This document shows, piece after piece, positions 21,001 to 31,300 of a DNA stretch of 64,000 bases; position 1 is the first letter of the stretch; each line of letters begins with the position of its first letter. The stretch comes from a virus. The notes beneath the pieces are model-generated. The model saw only the letters and a program-made list of their open reading frames with translations, did not search any database and was not told the DNA's origin. The position numbers and the translations under genes are program-made. The stretch spans positions 12,147-76,146 of the IMG/VR virus record IMGVR_UViG_3300010160_000037; one strand, 5' to 3'.

Positions 21001-24000
21001 TTCCTCAATTTAATGCCGCATTAACTTATATTAAAGATTTGTCAAGACAGATTGTACAAAATCAAACAGTAACAGCATTGGGCAATGCTCCTCAAACTAT
21101 CAACACATACTTTGGTGGCGGCATTTATGCTATTGACAGTATCAATCGATTAATAGATACATTTACAACTATTGTTACTAAGGGTCCTGCATTTAGTCCA
21201 ATTGGGTACGAAGGTGCTGGTACATTCTCTGCATTATCTCCTACATCAGCAGACTACACACAAGTAGCATCTACAGTATTACAGGCTGATCAGGTAGGTG
21301 TAAACGAATATCAAATTACATTAAATGTTCCTACGCAGGGTCCTGGCATTAATCAAACAATATATTTTGGTCAAACATCAGTTTATCCTTTACAAGATAA
21401 AGATGTTCCAGATATATATTCCGATCGAAAAGTTGATCCATGGGGTTCTATTGGCGGAAGTCTAGTAGACGGTGGCGTAATTAGCGATCGTTCACCAATC
21501 CAGTCTTTTGTTTACGATGCGTTTACTCAGGTCAACCAAGGTGGTATTGGTATCCATATCACAAACAACGGCTATGCACAGCTGGTGTCTGTGTTTACAA
21601 TTTTCTGCGGTACTTCTGTGCTTGTAGAGAACGGCGGTATTTGTTCTATTACTAACTCGAACGCCAACTTTGGCGACTACTGTCTAGTATCTAAAGGCTA
21701 CGGTAAGCGCAGTTTCTTTGGTGAGATTACTAATCCGGCAGTCCTGCCTTACTATCCAAACGGTTTCTTTCCACAGAATCAACAAGTCGAAGTATACTGT
21801 CCAGATCCTGCTGACCGTCCGCACATTGGACAGGTTATGGAAGTTGAAGTTCCGGAGACATATCGAAATGCGCAAGGCTTGCCCGGTTATCTTTCTGCTA
21901 TTGTTAATACCAGCACACTAACCGCAGGCAGTATCAGTATTGACGGTATTGACACTACTGGTGTTGTTATTGGTCAAAGCATATATGCACGTGACCAATT
22001 TGGTAGCTACAATGATCTATTTGGAAATCGATACATAACTGAAGGTACAGTGGTTACAGACGTTAACTTCCTGTCAATTTCGCTAAGTAGTCCTATTAAT
22101 GCAGGTGGTGGAGATGTTGCTAATGCTAATTTCTTTACCATGTATGTAACAGGAAACGCCTATTATACTATTAGAGGAAGCACATTAGCACCAGATCCTT
22201 TCACTCCAGGAACCAAATTAATTGGTGCCAGTAGAACCGAACAAGGAAACGATCAAACGATTGAAGAGATCCAAGCAATTACCTATCTAAGTAGTTTAAC
22301 AAATAGTGTTGTAACTAACAAGTTGATCAATGCGTTCCAATCAACAATAACACAATTTACAAATATTGCTCTAGCAACAGGCGGCCAGTCGACCGTGAGA
22401 ATGGGCCAATTGTTTACAACATTAGAAACTATAATTAACAATGGTCCAAGTTCAGCACCTACGGTTGCTAGAACAGGAATCGTAGCACCAGGTGCAAGCG
22501 ATTCATCTTCGTTGTTAAGGTCAAACAAATTATTCTTACAAACTGAAATTGTTAATTATATCAATAGTCTTTATTTTGTCTATGATCATGCTACTTGTAA
22601 GCGTGATCTAGGATACATCCTAGATAGCTTTGCATATGATGTTGCTTTCCAATCTAATTATCAAGCTATTAAGAGTGGCCAGGCATATAACAGAAATGTT
22701 GCAGGTAGCAAATATGTTTTAGAAAATGAAAAAACACAAACTACAGATGCAATTAGCAGGCTAGGTGCTATCACCAACCAATTAGCTGGTGTTAGTACAG
22801 TGACTTCGGCTATTAGTGTTATTAACTTAGATGCTATCTACATTCAAAATATTATCAACAACGGTGACGGCGCAGGCCCTGCATACTCTATGCCTGCTCC
22901 TGCAGGATTAGATGCAGGCATTGTTGGTGCTATTAGTTTAATCAATAACAATATTCAATTTATTACAGAAGAATTAATTGGATGGATCAACTATACATAT
23001 CCAGTATTCACATATGATGCAGTTAAATGTAAGAGAGATATGGGTTACATTTTAGACGCTGTACATTGGGATGTACTATTAGGTACAAATTATCGTGCTG
23101 TAAAGGCGGGCCAAGCATATTATCTTGGCAATGCCGGTAATGTATTAACCTATGAAAAATCTGCAACGATTGCGGCATTTAATTTTATTAAAACAAATGC
23201 ATTGTTATTACCTGCGGTAACCGTAAGTACTGTAGCAACAACTACGTTGAATACTGATATTGCAACAATCAATGACATATTACAAAATGGCGTAAGTGTA
23301 TCTCCAACAGTAACCTACACATTACCTTCAAATATTGCTTCTGGGTTTGATAGTGCAAGTTTATTATTACAAAATAATATTGCATTTATTCAAGCAGAAG
23401 TAGAAGCTTATGTATATACAACTTATACAGCTGGCGGTTTTATATATGATCGTACAAAATGTAAACGTGATGTAGGATACTTGATGCAAGCACTCATATA
23501 CGATATTACGTATGGTGGAAACTCTATGAGTGTTGACGCGGCCTTACAATATTTTGATAATTCTAATAACAATGTCAGTACTATTCCAAACGAAGAAACA
23601 CAGACTGTTGCGGCTATTAACTACATCAATACTATTTGCCAGCGCATTATAGTTAACTTGTCTCCGTTAGTATCATATCAGACAGTTGGCATTATTACTC
23701 AATATAAAAACAGTTCTTATATAAACGGGGCCAACGCAGGCTCTACCGTGGCATTATTGATCACAGAAATGAGTAATATTGTAGGTAATGGTCCTGGATC
23801 AGCACCTATAATTACAACTCCAAGTATTACTTGGGTAAACGCGACGACCCGTGCGGCCGGAATAGCAATTAACGCAAATGCAAATTCAATCGCAACTCAA
23901 GCTATTACTTTCATTGGACAAAATTTTGATGTATTCACATACGATCAAACTGCTTGTCGTAGAGATATAGGCTATATATTGCAGGCCCTGATATATGATT

Positions 24001-24908
24001 TAACCTACGGTGGTAACTGGCAAACTGTTGACTCTGGAAGATTATACTGGAACGGAACAACGTCATTGATTCCAAATGAACAAAAACAAACAATTGGCGC
24101 ATGGAATCGCATGTTGTATCTACTAGGTCAGATAATTCAAAATCAAAATCCCGCGAATAGTTACCAGGCGACATATAGTCAATTCACCAATGGCTCGATA
24201 ACTACCGGTGTAAATGCTTTACCTGCGTTAACTAACTCGATTGGAATATTAACCAGCATCATTCAAAATGGTCTCAGCTACGCTCCTGCTATTGTATATC
24301 CAAACATAACGCAAGCTTCTTCTGTGTTGCAGGGAATATACAACATTATCCAAACACAAAAGACTTCTCTAGTTAATCAGGTAATTACATACATTGATGG
24401 AAAGTATAACGGATTTGAATACAATCAAGCACTATGTAAACGTGACGTTGGGTATATCATTGATGCTGTAGCGGCTGACTTAGTAAGTGGCGGCAATTAC
24501 AATACTGTATTAGCTGGTCAAAGTTACTATGCCCGTGCCGGAACACATCATTATGTAGAATTAGAAGACAACATTACTGATGCAGGACTATTTTCAGATA
24601 AGGCACTGGTGAATTTCTATCAACGTTCATACATGTCAGCTTCTGGCTACTTGTTTGAGTATGTAGGTGCAGGTTCTAACTACGGTGCATTACCACAAAT
24701 TGGTCGTGCAGATCCAATACAAGAAAGAGAAACTATACAGTTGAATAACGGTAAGGTATTCTTTACATCAACAGACCAAAACGGTGACTTCCGTATTGGC
24801 CCAGGATTGGTAATTAGCCAGGCAACTGGTGTGTTATCAGGACGTACATTTACTAAGTCATTGTTTGCTAATTTGACACCGTTCATCTTGGCAATTGAAG
24901 GAATATAA
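15072..24908 (+). CDS. giant putative virion protein (3278 aa): fibre N-terminus plus split beta-helix scaffold carrying 15 phycobiliprotein-like C-x-R-D repeats
   Basis: GAGGAG SD and late promoter at 14976. Has LYV..DGSDTNDG...IKVAPG.Y.E pectin-lyase-like start and repeats such as FVYDKDKCKRDVGYIIDCISFDLLRGGN. Confidence 0.8.
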   Translation: MAVGRITGPLLASNLLRDGVNLAVETNLLYLDVTTGRIGIKTNSPQYDLDVNGTANVGSLIVLNTSTLGLLTITKTASSGTIGSTLGPIHIKPAIGNEIKLDADTTVDGDLHATGNITADGNIVLGNQLGVDTLTVGAEFLSSLIPKTPNTYNVGSQTNNWKNGYFQQVQAGNLKAYGSTITNLLASQGIDIAPKGGPLNVRGEIRVWGQNPLGTAPVTSNVLYVNEDGSDTNDGGAMDPSRACRTVSGATKSPLYKEGTSIKVAPGLYRENNPILMKQYTSVIGSDLRTTLIEPMNKTQDLFHVQSGCYVAQLMMYNGRSGRFPGGPGYAPGTNRGAYATAFPPQVNGTKIDLFHSPYIQNCTNQSGPWLYDGTMFVPNQTIQIPEAVGTATYPSNTTTFTVTLSTGSVYVGQSINGGPPSPGFQNARTLLLANKAFIQEQTIAYVNQTYGGPFQYNSTKCARDTGLIVDGLGLDLIYQGTSQSVFSGLQYWSQGSYTGQIASEVTTTTNAFNYISGLAQQIVRNIVIAAPYQNTLTQVTNLPAGAVIDATRVGSLFTTVTNIITYGPAGITDKIIPNGTTITSNTSTVAAYNLLQANKNFLKSETIAWINVFSPGSFVYDKDKCKRDVGYIIDCISFDLLRGGNRQAIQAGTVYYGYSNTTTIPNEIEQTTMAYQYMKSVISAVVQSQQLVSFYQSEVTQVLDSVNPGSAAAATTISSNIDLITRLITVGPAGAPSLVPISLTQTSTAGLLNAYALLNANKNFIKAEVIAYTNSLPNFVYNQEKCKRDVGIILENVSFDALVGGNAKAIESGLAYFNGVNSVIAGQETQSVGAINYVKSLTNSIITNMQAPNLLGSTATQQQVINYSFPGGIVAQDSLNNAYDTITTIITNGPSSAPTSFLGSAPDPHYMSAEILLQANRSFIQEEVVTYLNQQFLTFPFNTAKCQRDGGLIVDSIALDLLFPTATDSQSNFAGLQYWSQSSYTGLIASEITTTTNSITYLNSLAQKIILNDTSGPRYQSASIQDTTVAPSTAEVASSIGTNFDLILDILNNGTVGITDKIIPSGLATNDPRVVHAYTQLQNNKSYIQDEVVAYVESTKTADFVYDQTKCRRDVGYMIDSISFDCLYGGNRQSIMAGVDYYSHSAVTSVQTPAETTATIAAYTHLSDIIVGIITATPIARTANNLIDQVIDLPPATSAEVTSARAKIAKISNIITNGPSVASALTPISLTPSTNENIQRAYALLEANRDFIANEMVQYAQNTYNGGGFQYNQAKCSRDTGLLVDGFITDLGWSANGYTNTRFAGLQYWNQSGYTGQIVNELTTTTAAINYVKTMAKEAIVNTVGTRYQSTITQQINLPSATLSEASTIDTEFKIITDILTTGTVGITDKVVSNGLAITSANAQNAYNILQANKAYFQAEAIAFVETTKTQSFVYNQDKCFRDTGLIVDTICQDLMFATTSSQSTFAGLQYWAQTSTSIPGEVTTTTNAINYVSDLAQKIIVGNKSGTRYQSAVAQTTSTSLAYGTAVEQSTLSSEFNLITDIITNGVVNLTNRIVPNGYVSSTVATTLNAYNLLVANLTYLQAEAVAYVESTKTAGFTYDQTKCRRDIGYMVTSVAFDLLWGGNKQAIQSGAYYYNYSASTSTIPTEKPQTLAAYNYLKTLVGNIVTNTAITPSKGNTAIQYTNAEPATVAEVTALQASISTITNIITNGPSVAATKLPISLTPSTNIAVGNAVDLLQANRQFIQQELVAWINENYGDFTYDLAKCKRDVGYMIDSVSYDLLWGGNRQAITSGVYYYSFSGPSSIPGENQQTLAAYQRMSEILGDIITNSPIQVSSGNVTPQQFNNSPSTIETASALNAMVALLLDIINNGPTAAGTKQPISLERNTDQNIVNAQTLLTLNRQFIRDEVIAYVNSSFPNYQGNNGFNYDQSKCYRDTGLIIDAISQDLLVGGNRKTIEAGVSYWTGGRNVVYDELPQFNAALTYIKDLSRQIVQNQTVTALGNAPQTINTYFGGGIYAIDSINRLIDTFTTIVTKGPAFSPIGYEGAGTFSALSPTSADYTQVASTVLQADQVGVNEYQITLNVPTQGPGINQTIYFGQTSVYPLQDKDVPDIYSDRKVDPWGSIGGSLVDGGVISDRSPIQSFVYDAFTQVNQGGIGIHITNNGYAQLVSVFTIFCGTSVLVENGGICSITNSNANFGDYCLVSKGYGKRSFFGEITNPAVLPYYPNGFFPQNQQVEVYCPDPADRPHIGQVMEVEVPETYRNAQGLPGYLSAIVNTSTLTAGSISIDGIDTTGVVIGQSIYARDQFGSYNDLFGNRYITEGTVVTDVNFLSISLSSPINAGGGDVANANFFTMYVTGNAYYTIRGSTLAPDPFTPGTKLIGASRTEQGNDQTIEEIQAITYLSSLTNSVVTNKLINAFQSTITQFTNIALATGGQSTVRMGQLFTTLETIINNGPSSAPTVARTGIVAPGASDSSSLLRSNKLFLQTEIVNYINSLYFVYDHATCKRDLGYILDSFAYDVAFQSNYQAIKSGQAYNRNVAGSKYVLENEKTQTTDAISRLGAITNQLAGVSTVTSAISVINLDAIYIQNIINNGDGAGPAYSMPAPAGLDAGIVGAISLINNNIQFITEELIGWINYTYPVFTYDAVKCKRDMGYILDAVHWDVLLGTNYRAVKAGQAYYLGNAGNVLTYEKSATIAAFNFIKTNALLLPAVTVSTVATTTLNTDIATINDILQNGVSVSPTVTYTLPSNIASGFDSASLLLQNNIAFIQAEVEAYVYTTYTAGGFIYDRTKCKRDVGYLMQALIYDITYGGNSMSVDAALQYFDNSNNNVSTIPNEETQTVAAINYINTICQRIIVNLSPLVSYQTVGIITQYKNSSYINGANAGSTVALLITEMSNIVGNGPGSAPIITTPSITWVNATTRAAGIAINANANSIATQAITFIGQNFDVFTYDQTACRRDIGYILQALIYDLTYGGNWQTVDSGRLYWNGTTSLIPNEQKQTIGAWNRMLYLLGQIIQNQNPANSYQATYSQFTNGSITTGVNALPALTNSIGILTSIIQNGLSYAPAIVYPNITQASSVLQGIYNIIQTQKTSLVNQVITYIDGKYNGFEYNQALCKRDVGYIIDAVAADLVSGGNYNTVLAGQSYYARAGTHHYVELEDNITDAGLFSDKALVNFYQRSYMSASGYLFEYVGAGSNYGALPQIGRADPIQERETIQLNNGKVFFTSTDQNGDFRIGPGLVISQATGVLSGRTFTKSLFANLTPFILAIEGI
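16340..21190 (+). repeat. 10 tandem protein repeats of about 160-167 aa (array 1)
   Basis: F.(Y/F)....C.RD.G motifs start near 16434, 16926, 17409, 17888, 18384, 18879, 19371, 19866, 20352 and 20853. Confidence 0.9.
22250..24540 (+). repeat. 5 tandem protein repeats of about 144-165 aa (array 2)
   Basis: Same motif near 22575, 23007, 23439, 23934 and 24414. Confidence 0.9.
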
Positions 24909-24920
24909 GGATAAAATAAC

Positions 24921-25307
24921 ATGGCATTAATTCCATTAAACGTATTCAAGACAAAAACTTTTGTCTTGACCACACAAACAAATACATTTGTTTATACAGC
25001 ACCTGTTGGAGTTACATCAATCGTATTGATGGCAAACGTATCCAACGTAACAACAGCAACTACAGCGGCAGTAACTTTTGCGCACCATAGGAATCTTCCG
25101 GTCTTGCCGGATGCACAGGGCAACGGAGGGCAGGCGGCAAACGTAACTACAGAAATTGTTTCAGGATTTCAGATACCTCCGCAAGATGCTTCAAACATGT
25201 TGCCCGGTAAAATGATTATCGAGAGTTTAGACAGCGTAGTGGCATACGCAGACACTGTTAGCTCATTAAAATTAACTCTAAGTATCTTAGAAACAGCCAA
25301 CGCATAA
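24921..25307 (+). CDS. small beta-rich structural protein (paralogue of 13927-14256)
   Basis: 128 aa; VYTAP.GVTSIVLMANVSN...GKMIIESLD. Confidence 0.7.
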   Translation: MALIPLNVFKTKTFVLTTQTNTFVYTAPVGVTSIVLMANVSNVTTATTAAVTFAHHRNLPVLPDAQGNGGQAANVTTEIVSGFQIPPQDASNMLPGKMIIESLDSVVAYADTVSSLKLTLSILETANA

Positions 25308-25319
25308 TAGGAATCAACG

Positions 25320-28300
25320 ATGCCATCATTACTAAGCGGTCGTGTAAAATTAATTAGTCCAGGCACTAATTACACGGTAATCAACAACTATATCAGTCTA
25401 GGCCAAGCACAGGCTGGTTTGGGTGCCTCACCTACGACAAACACTGGTTACACCTTAGTAATTGGACCTAATGGTCAGGCAACATATACAAACACACTTG
25501 GTCAAATTGCGTTTAGTACAGGTACTATTACTTCACAAGCACCAACTGGTGACCTAACTCTTAATCCAAGCGGCACAGGTACGATTACACTTAACGGTCC
25601 TGTTAACATTCCTCAAGGTATTCAAGGTAGTGGATTTAAAACAGAAGCCAAACGTGCTACTACTGGAAATATTTTACTTAACGAATCAACATCAACAGTA
25701 ACATATGACGGGTATCATGTAGATTACCTAGATCGTATCTTGGTCAGAGCACAAACTGATGCAAGAGATAATGGTATCTATTATGTTTATACATCAACAT
25801 TTGCTACAAATGTAGTTACAACACAGATAAACTACACACAAAATAGTTTCACAGCTACAACCTACAACATCGGTGATGCAAATAGTCTAGTTGCAGGTAG
25901 CACACTTACCAGTTTGTTTGTTGGCAACAACACGACCATTGTTCAAATACTAGACAGCTCAACGTTCTTGATGAGTAATCCTGGATTAGGAACCATCACT
26001 GGTGCAGTTTCTACAGCATCAAGTAAAGGCTTAACTAACTCCGTAGTGCTATCAAGAAGTACTGACGCAGTTAACACCAACGGTTTAAAACATATTGTTG
26101 TTCCTATCGTAGGCGGAACCTATGAAGGTAGATTATTCTTCACATCATTCCTGGCAACACAGGTAGTTGGGGTTGACCCAATTAATTGGTATGAGATCGT
26201 TGATAGTACATCTTACCAAACTGTCTATAGCAAATATTTAGAAAATGTAACAGTTGGTCAATATCTCCCAAATGCCGGTCAATTTACTTTATTCACGGCT
26301 ACTAACACAGCAACATTTGCCAACCCAACTGACTCAACAGCAACTACAAACGGTGCTGTGGTAGTAACTGGCGGCGTTGGAATCCAGAAGAGCTTATTTG
26401 TCGGAGGTGCAACAAACATACAAGGTAGTTTGAATGTAAACAGTCAGGCAAATATCAGTCCAGCTGATGCAACAGTATTCATCCAGCCGACTGGACTAGG
26501 AACAGTTACGATTAATCCATCTACCAAAGGTACCATTAACAACATGGACGTTGGTAACAGTATTCCTAAGAATGGTACATTTGTTAATCTTACTGCAAAC
26601 AATCAATTATTAGTAACTTCAACCTCAGAATCTACAAGTACAACAACAGGTGCTGTTCAAGTTGCGGGCGGTGTTGGCATTGGCGGCAACCTAGTTCTAG
26701 GTGGTCAGTTAATATTCAGCGGACTTGCGGACGAGTTTGTTGTTAATAATTTCCGTGCAAAAGGACAAGTACTGTTTACTACAAGTACAAATTCAACGTC
26801 AACAACAACAGGTGGACTTGTTGTAAGTGGTGGAGTCGGCATCGGACAAGATCTAGTATTAGGTGGCAAACTAATATTCCAAGGGTCGGGTACAAACTTA
26901 TCTTTAAGTACGCTATCAGTTACATCTAGTTCACAGTCAACCAGCACTACTACCGGTGCGTTAACTGTAGTCGGTGGAGTTGGTGTAGGTGGAAACTTAA
27001 CCCTAGGCGGTCAACTAATATTCAGTGGCGCAGCCGGCGATTTAAAAGTAGCAACGTTAGCAGTTACATCAACTACCAATTCAACCAGCACAACTACAGG
27101 AGCATTTACTGTTACTGGCGGTGTCGGTATTGGACAAGATTTGGTATTAGGCGGAAGTCTAATATTCACAAACGCCAGCGGTACTATCAGAGCAGAACAG
27201 ATCCACATCCTTGGAACACAAACTTCAGTAAGTACAGAAACAGGTGCTCTAGTTGTTGACGGTGGCGTAGGTGTTGCTAAAGATGTTGTAGTTGGTGGCA
27301 ACTTGGACCTAGGTGGTCAGCTAACATTTAACAAATCATTCACCGCAACATTCGTTGCATTGCATATCACCAGCACAGCAAGTGATGTAGCTACATTTAG
27401 CAATAATGCAATTTATGTTGAAGGCGGCCAGGCTGTTAAGAAAGACCTAAGTGTATATGGCAACACAGTCCTATACGGTAATCTAACTGTAGCTGGTACA
27501 CAAACAATCGTTGATTCGCAGAACACTTATATTATTGATCCAGTGATTGACATTGGTACCGGTATTGATAACACTCCGTTGTTAGTTAATGACGGATACG
27601 ATCGTGGTATGTTGTTACATTACAGCACCGGTAACGGCCCTCAATTTGACAATCATGCATTTGTTGGGCGTGATGTAACTACCGGATTTTTAACTTATAA
27701 AGTTAACGTTTATCCAGGTGGCTACGAAACTTTCCCAGCGCAATTTGCGAATACTGGTAGTTTTGGTACAGCACAATTTGGTGGCTTACGACTAAGCGGC
27801 GGAGCGGTTGCACTGAGCACAAATACAGGTGACCTGCAAGTACTAGGTGGCATTGGCGTTACTGGCGGAAGCTATTTTGGCGGTACATTAACATTAGGTA
27901 GTCCGTTAGCAAATACAACGCAAACTATAAATCATGCATTAGTAGTATCTAGTGGCGGTATTGGGGTAGCGGGCGCCAGCTTTTTTGCAGGACAAGTTAA
28001 GTTTTCAAATGCTCAAGCATCAACAGATCCATCATCTGGAGCAGTGGTTCTTTCGGGTGGCCTGGGAGTAGGTGGCTCAATCTTTACAGCCGGACCAATG
28101 CGCATAAGAAACAGCACAGAGTCTGTAAGTACTGGCACAGGCGCTCTAGTTGTTTCAGGTGGTGCAGGATTTAACGGTGACATCTATGCACACAACATCT
28201 ATACAGATGCAGGCCTAACACAGTTAGCAAACTTCAACGGTGGACGTATTAGCGATCCGTTGTTGATTGATAATACTACAAGTGCATACAGCACAATGAC

Positions 28301-31300
28301 AGGTGCGCTACAAGTACGGGGCGGCGTTGGTATTAGTGGTGCATTATGGGTTGGCGGTACTGCAAACGTCAGCAACTTGTTTGTAAATGGTGCGGCAGTA
28401 TTAACTACATCAAGTCCAACAGGATTCAACGGCGGTACAATTATATATCCATTGCAAATTGGATACAGTACTTCCACACTAAACACAGCTGGCCTAACAG
28501 TCAACTCAGACGTTAACTCTGTATCAACAGATAGTGGAGCAATCGTAACTATTGGCGGCGTGGGAATTGCACAAGATCTGCATGTTGGTGGAACAATTTA
28601 TCGCGAAGGCGATATTACAACTGCCAACTGGGGACAGACCGGTATCGCAGTTAACTTAGCCAGTGCTGTCTATACAGATAATCAAGCATCTGGTTCGTTT
28701 ACGAATACAAACAACGTTTATGTCGGCCAGCCAATTATTAATTCAAGATACGGCTCTGCATACGCACAAGCAAACACAATCTATATTGAAGATGCTCCTA
28801 AAGTCAAGACAACCGCAACTACAAGCATTGCAGATTCATACGCAGTATGGGTTAACAACGGCAAAGTACACATTAATAGCACAGCGTCTAGCGCAACAAA
28901 CTATCTAAACAATGCTCTAAGTGTTGCAGGTGGTATTGGTATTGCAGGAGCAATTCAAGCAAGCGGCCCATTAAATGCTCCACAGGTATTTGACAACGGA
29001 AATCGTGTTGTTACATTTGTTGACATTATTGACGGTCCAGGTATTTCATCAAGTCCTGATAAATCAGGTGGCTCAACCGCTACTATCACAATCAACAATA
29101 CTGGCGTTCTAACAGCAAATGCTGGTACTGGTATTGTCGTTGATAGAGCAACTGGTGATGTCACAATCAGCAACGTTGGCGTAACCAAGATTGAAACAGG
29201 TCCTGGCATTAGTGCTTCGACCAGCACTGGTACTGTGTCACTTGTAAACACAGGTGTCCTAAGTCTAACAGCAGGAACTGACACAGCAGTATCATTTACA
29301 ACTGGCAACATTACAGTTTACAGCACAGCTACATTGGCTTCTGTAACCAGCAGAGGTGCAACAACAACCAGCACTATCCGTTTAACTAATACACAAACTG
29401 GTCTAGTTGTTGGCGGCGATGCTATATTCTCTGGAACTGTTGCAGTTACTGGAACATTAAACATTGGTGGTGCAAGTATCAGTGGTGGCAACGCTACATT
29501 TACATCATTACAAGCAGGCGATACACTGATTACTGGACAACTAACAGTATCAGGAACATCGACATTTATCAACAGCCAACAATTAACAGTTGTTGATCCT
29601 GTTATTGATGTAGGAACAAATATTAATAACGTACCGTTATTAGTAAATGACGGATTTGATAGAGGTGTGTTAATACATTATAACACTACTCTTTCAAATA
29701 ACATTGCATATGATGCTCACGCATTCTTAGGACGTGATAACGTATCAGGCAAGTTAACTTATAGAACCAACATTTGGCCAGGCGGTGTAACCGATGTTCC
29801 AAATCCTTTTAATTCAACAGGCACACTGGGTTATGCGGTATTTGCTGGATTGAACTTAGAAGGCGGAATTGCTTCTACAAGTCCAACATCAGGTGACCTA
29901 CAGGTCGTAGGTGGTATTGGTGTTGGCGGCGCAAGTTATATCGCCGGTCAAGCAAGATTTGGTAGCCAACTAAATGCTAATGCTACAGCAACTGGTGCAG
30001 TTATTGTTGACGGTGGCCAGTCTATTACTAAAGATCTGTACATTGGCGGAAACGTTATTGTACGTGGATATGTTCTAACTACAGCAACAGCATATAACGG
30101 TGGCGAAGTATTCAATCCTGTTATTGTAACAAATGGTACAAGTGCTACAAGCACACTAACCGGTGCATTGATTGTACATGACGGTGGCGCTGGTATTGGC
30201 GGAGATGTTTGGATTGGTGGCGCCCTTAATGCTAAATCAGTCCTAGTTGACGGGCGAGCAATTACAACTGACATCCATTTAGTTACTGGTCCGGGCTTAG
30301 TCGGTGATGTAACAACATCATCAGGCGGTGTAACCATCACAATGACCAACACAGGTATCTTGAACTTAGATGCAGGTCCTGGTATTAGTCTTGCAAACAC
30401 CGGTACCAGTGGCATAACAACTATCACCAACACTGGTGTAGTGTCGATAGCAATTAACGGTCTAGGCCTAAAAGCCAGTACATCAACCGGTTCTGTTGTA
30501 CTAACAAACATTGGTGTAACCGCGGCAACAGCAGGGGCGGGTATAAGTGTAAATCAAACTACTGGTTCAATCATTATTACCAACGTTGGTGTACAAAGTA
30601 TTGGTACTATCGGCGGCGGCATTACAGTTACTACCAGTACTGGATCTGTGTTCTTATTAAACTCAGGTGTAACGAGTCTTACAGCAGGCACAGATACTAA
30701 CGTAACTGCAATATCAGGTGATATTACAATTTGGGATATCAGTACACTACAATCGGTAACTGGTCGTGGTAATATTACAACTCGAGATATAATAATTGAT
30801 AGTACAACACCAACTTCTAATACAGCCAGCGGAGCATTGGCAGTTACTGGTGGTGTTGCAGTTGGACAAAACTTGTATGCAGGCGGCCAGATTTATGCAC
30901 TTGGCGGCTACTTGGGATTAAATCCTCCTGCGATCTTTGTTAATAATACAAACGTTACTGTAACTGATAATGTAAATGAGCACAAGGTTTCTGTTGCGAT
31001 CAACGGAACTACTACAACTACATTTGATATCGTTGGGGAACACATACTTTCTACAACAAATTCAACAAGCACTACTACTGGTGCATTGATAGTTGATGGC
31101 GGAATTGGCCTTGCTAAGAATATATATGTTGGTGGAAGTGCTACAGTTGCAAATACTCTAACGGTACTAAGCACATCAACAATGGGTTCTATATTGCCTC
31201 TAGCAGGTGGATATTATAATCTAGGAAGTCCAACACAGCGTTGGGGTACGTTATACATCAATTCCGCAACTATTGACATGGGCGGATTGACATTAACATC

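Noticed and set aside
15072-24908. Concluding that the host is a cyanobacterium from the phycobiliprotein-like repeats
   Set aside because: No photosynthesis or bilin genes occur in the window and the repeats are highly diverged, so the host cannot be inferred.
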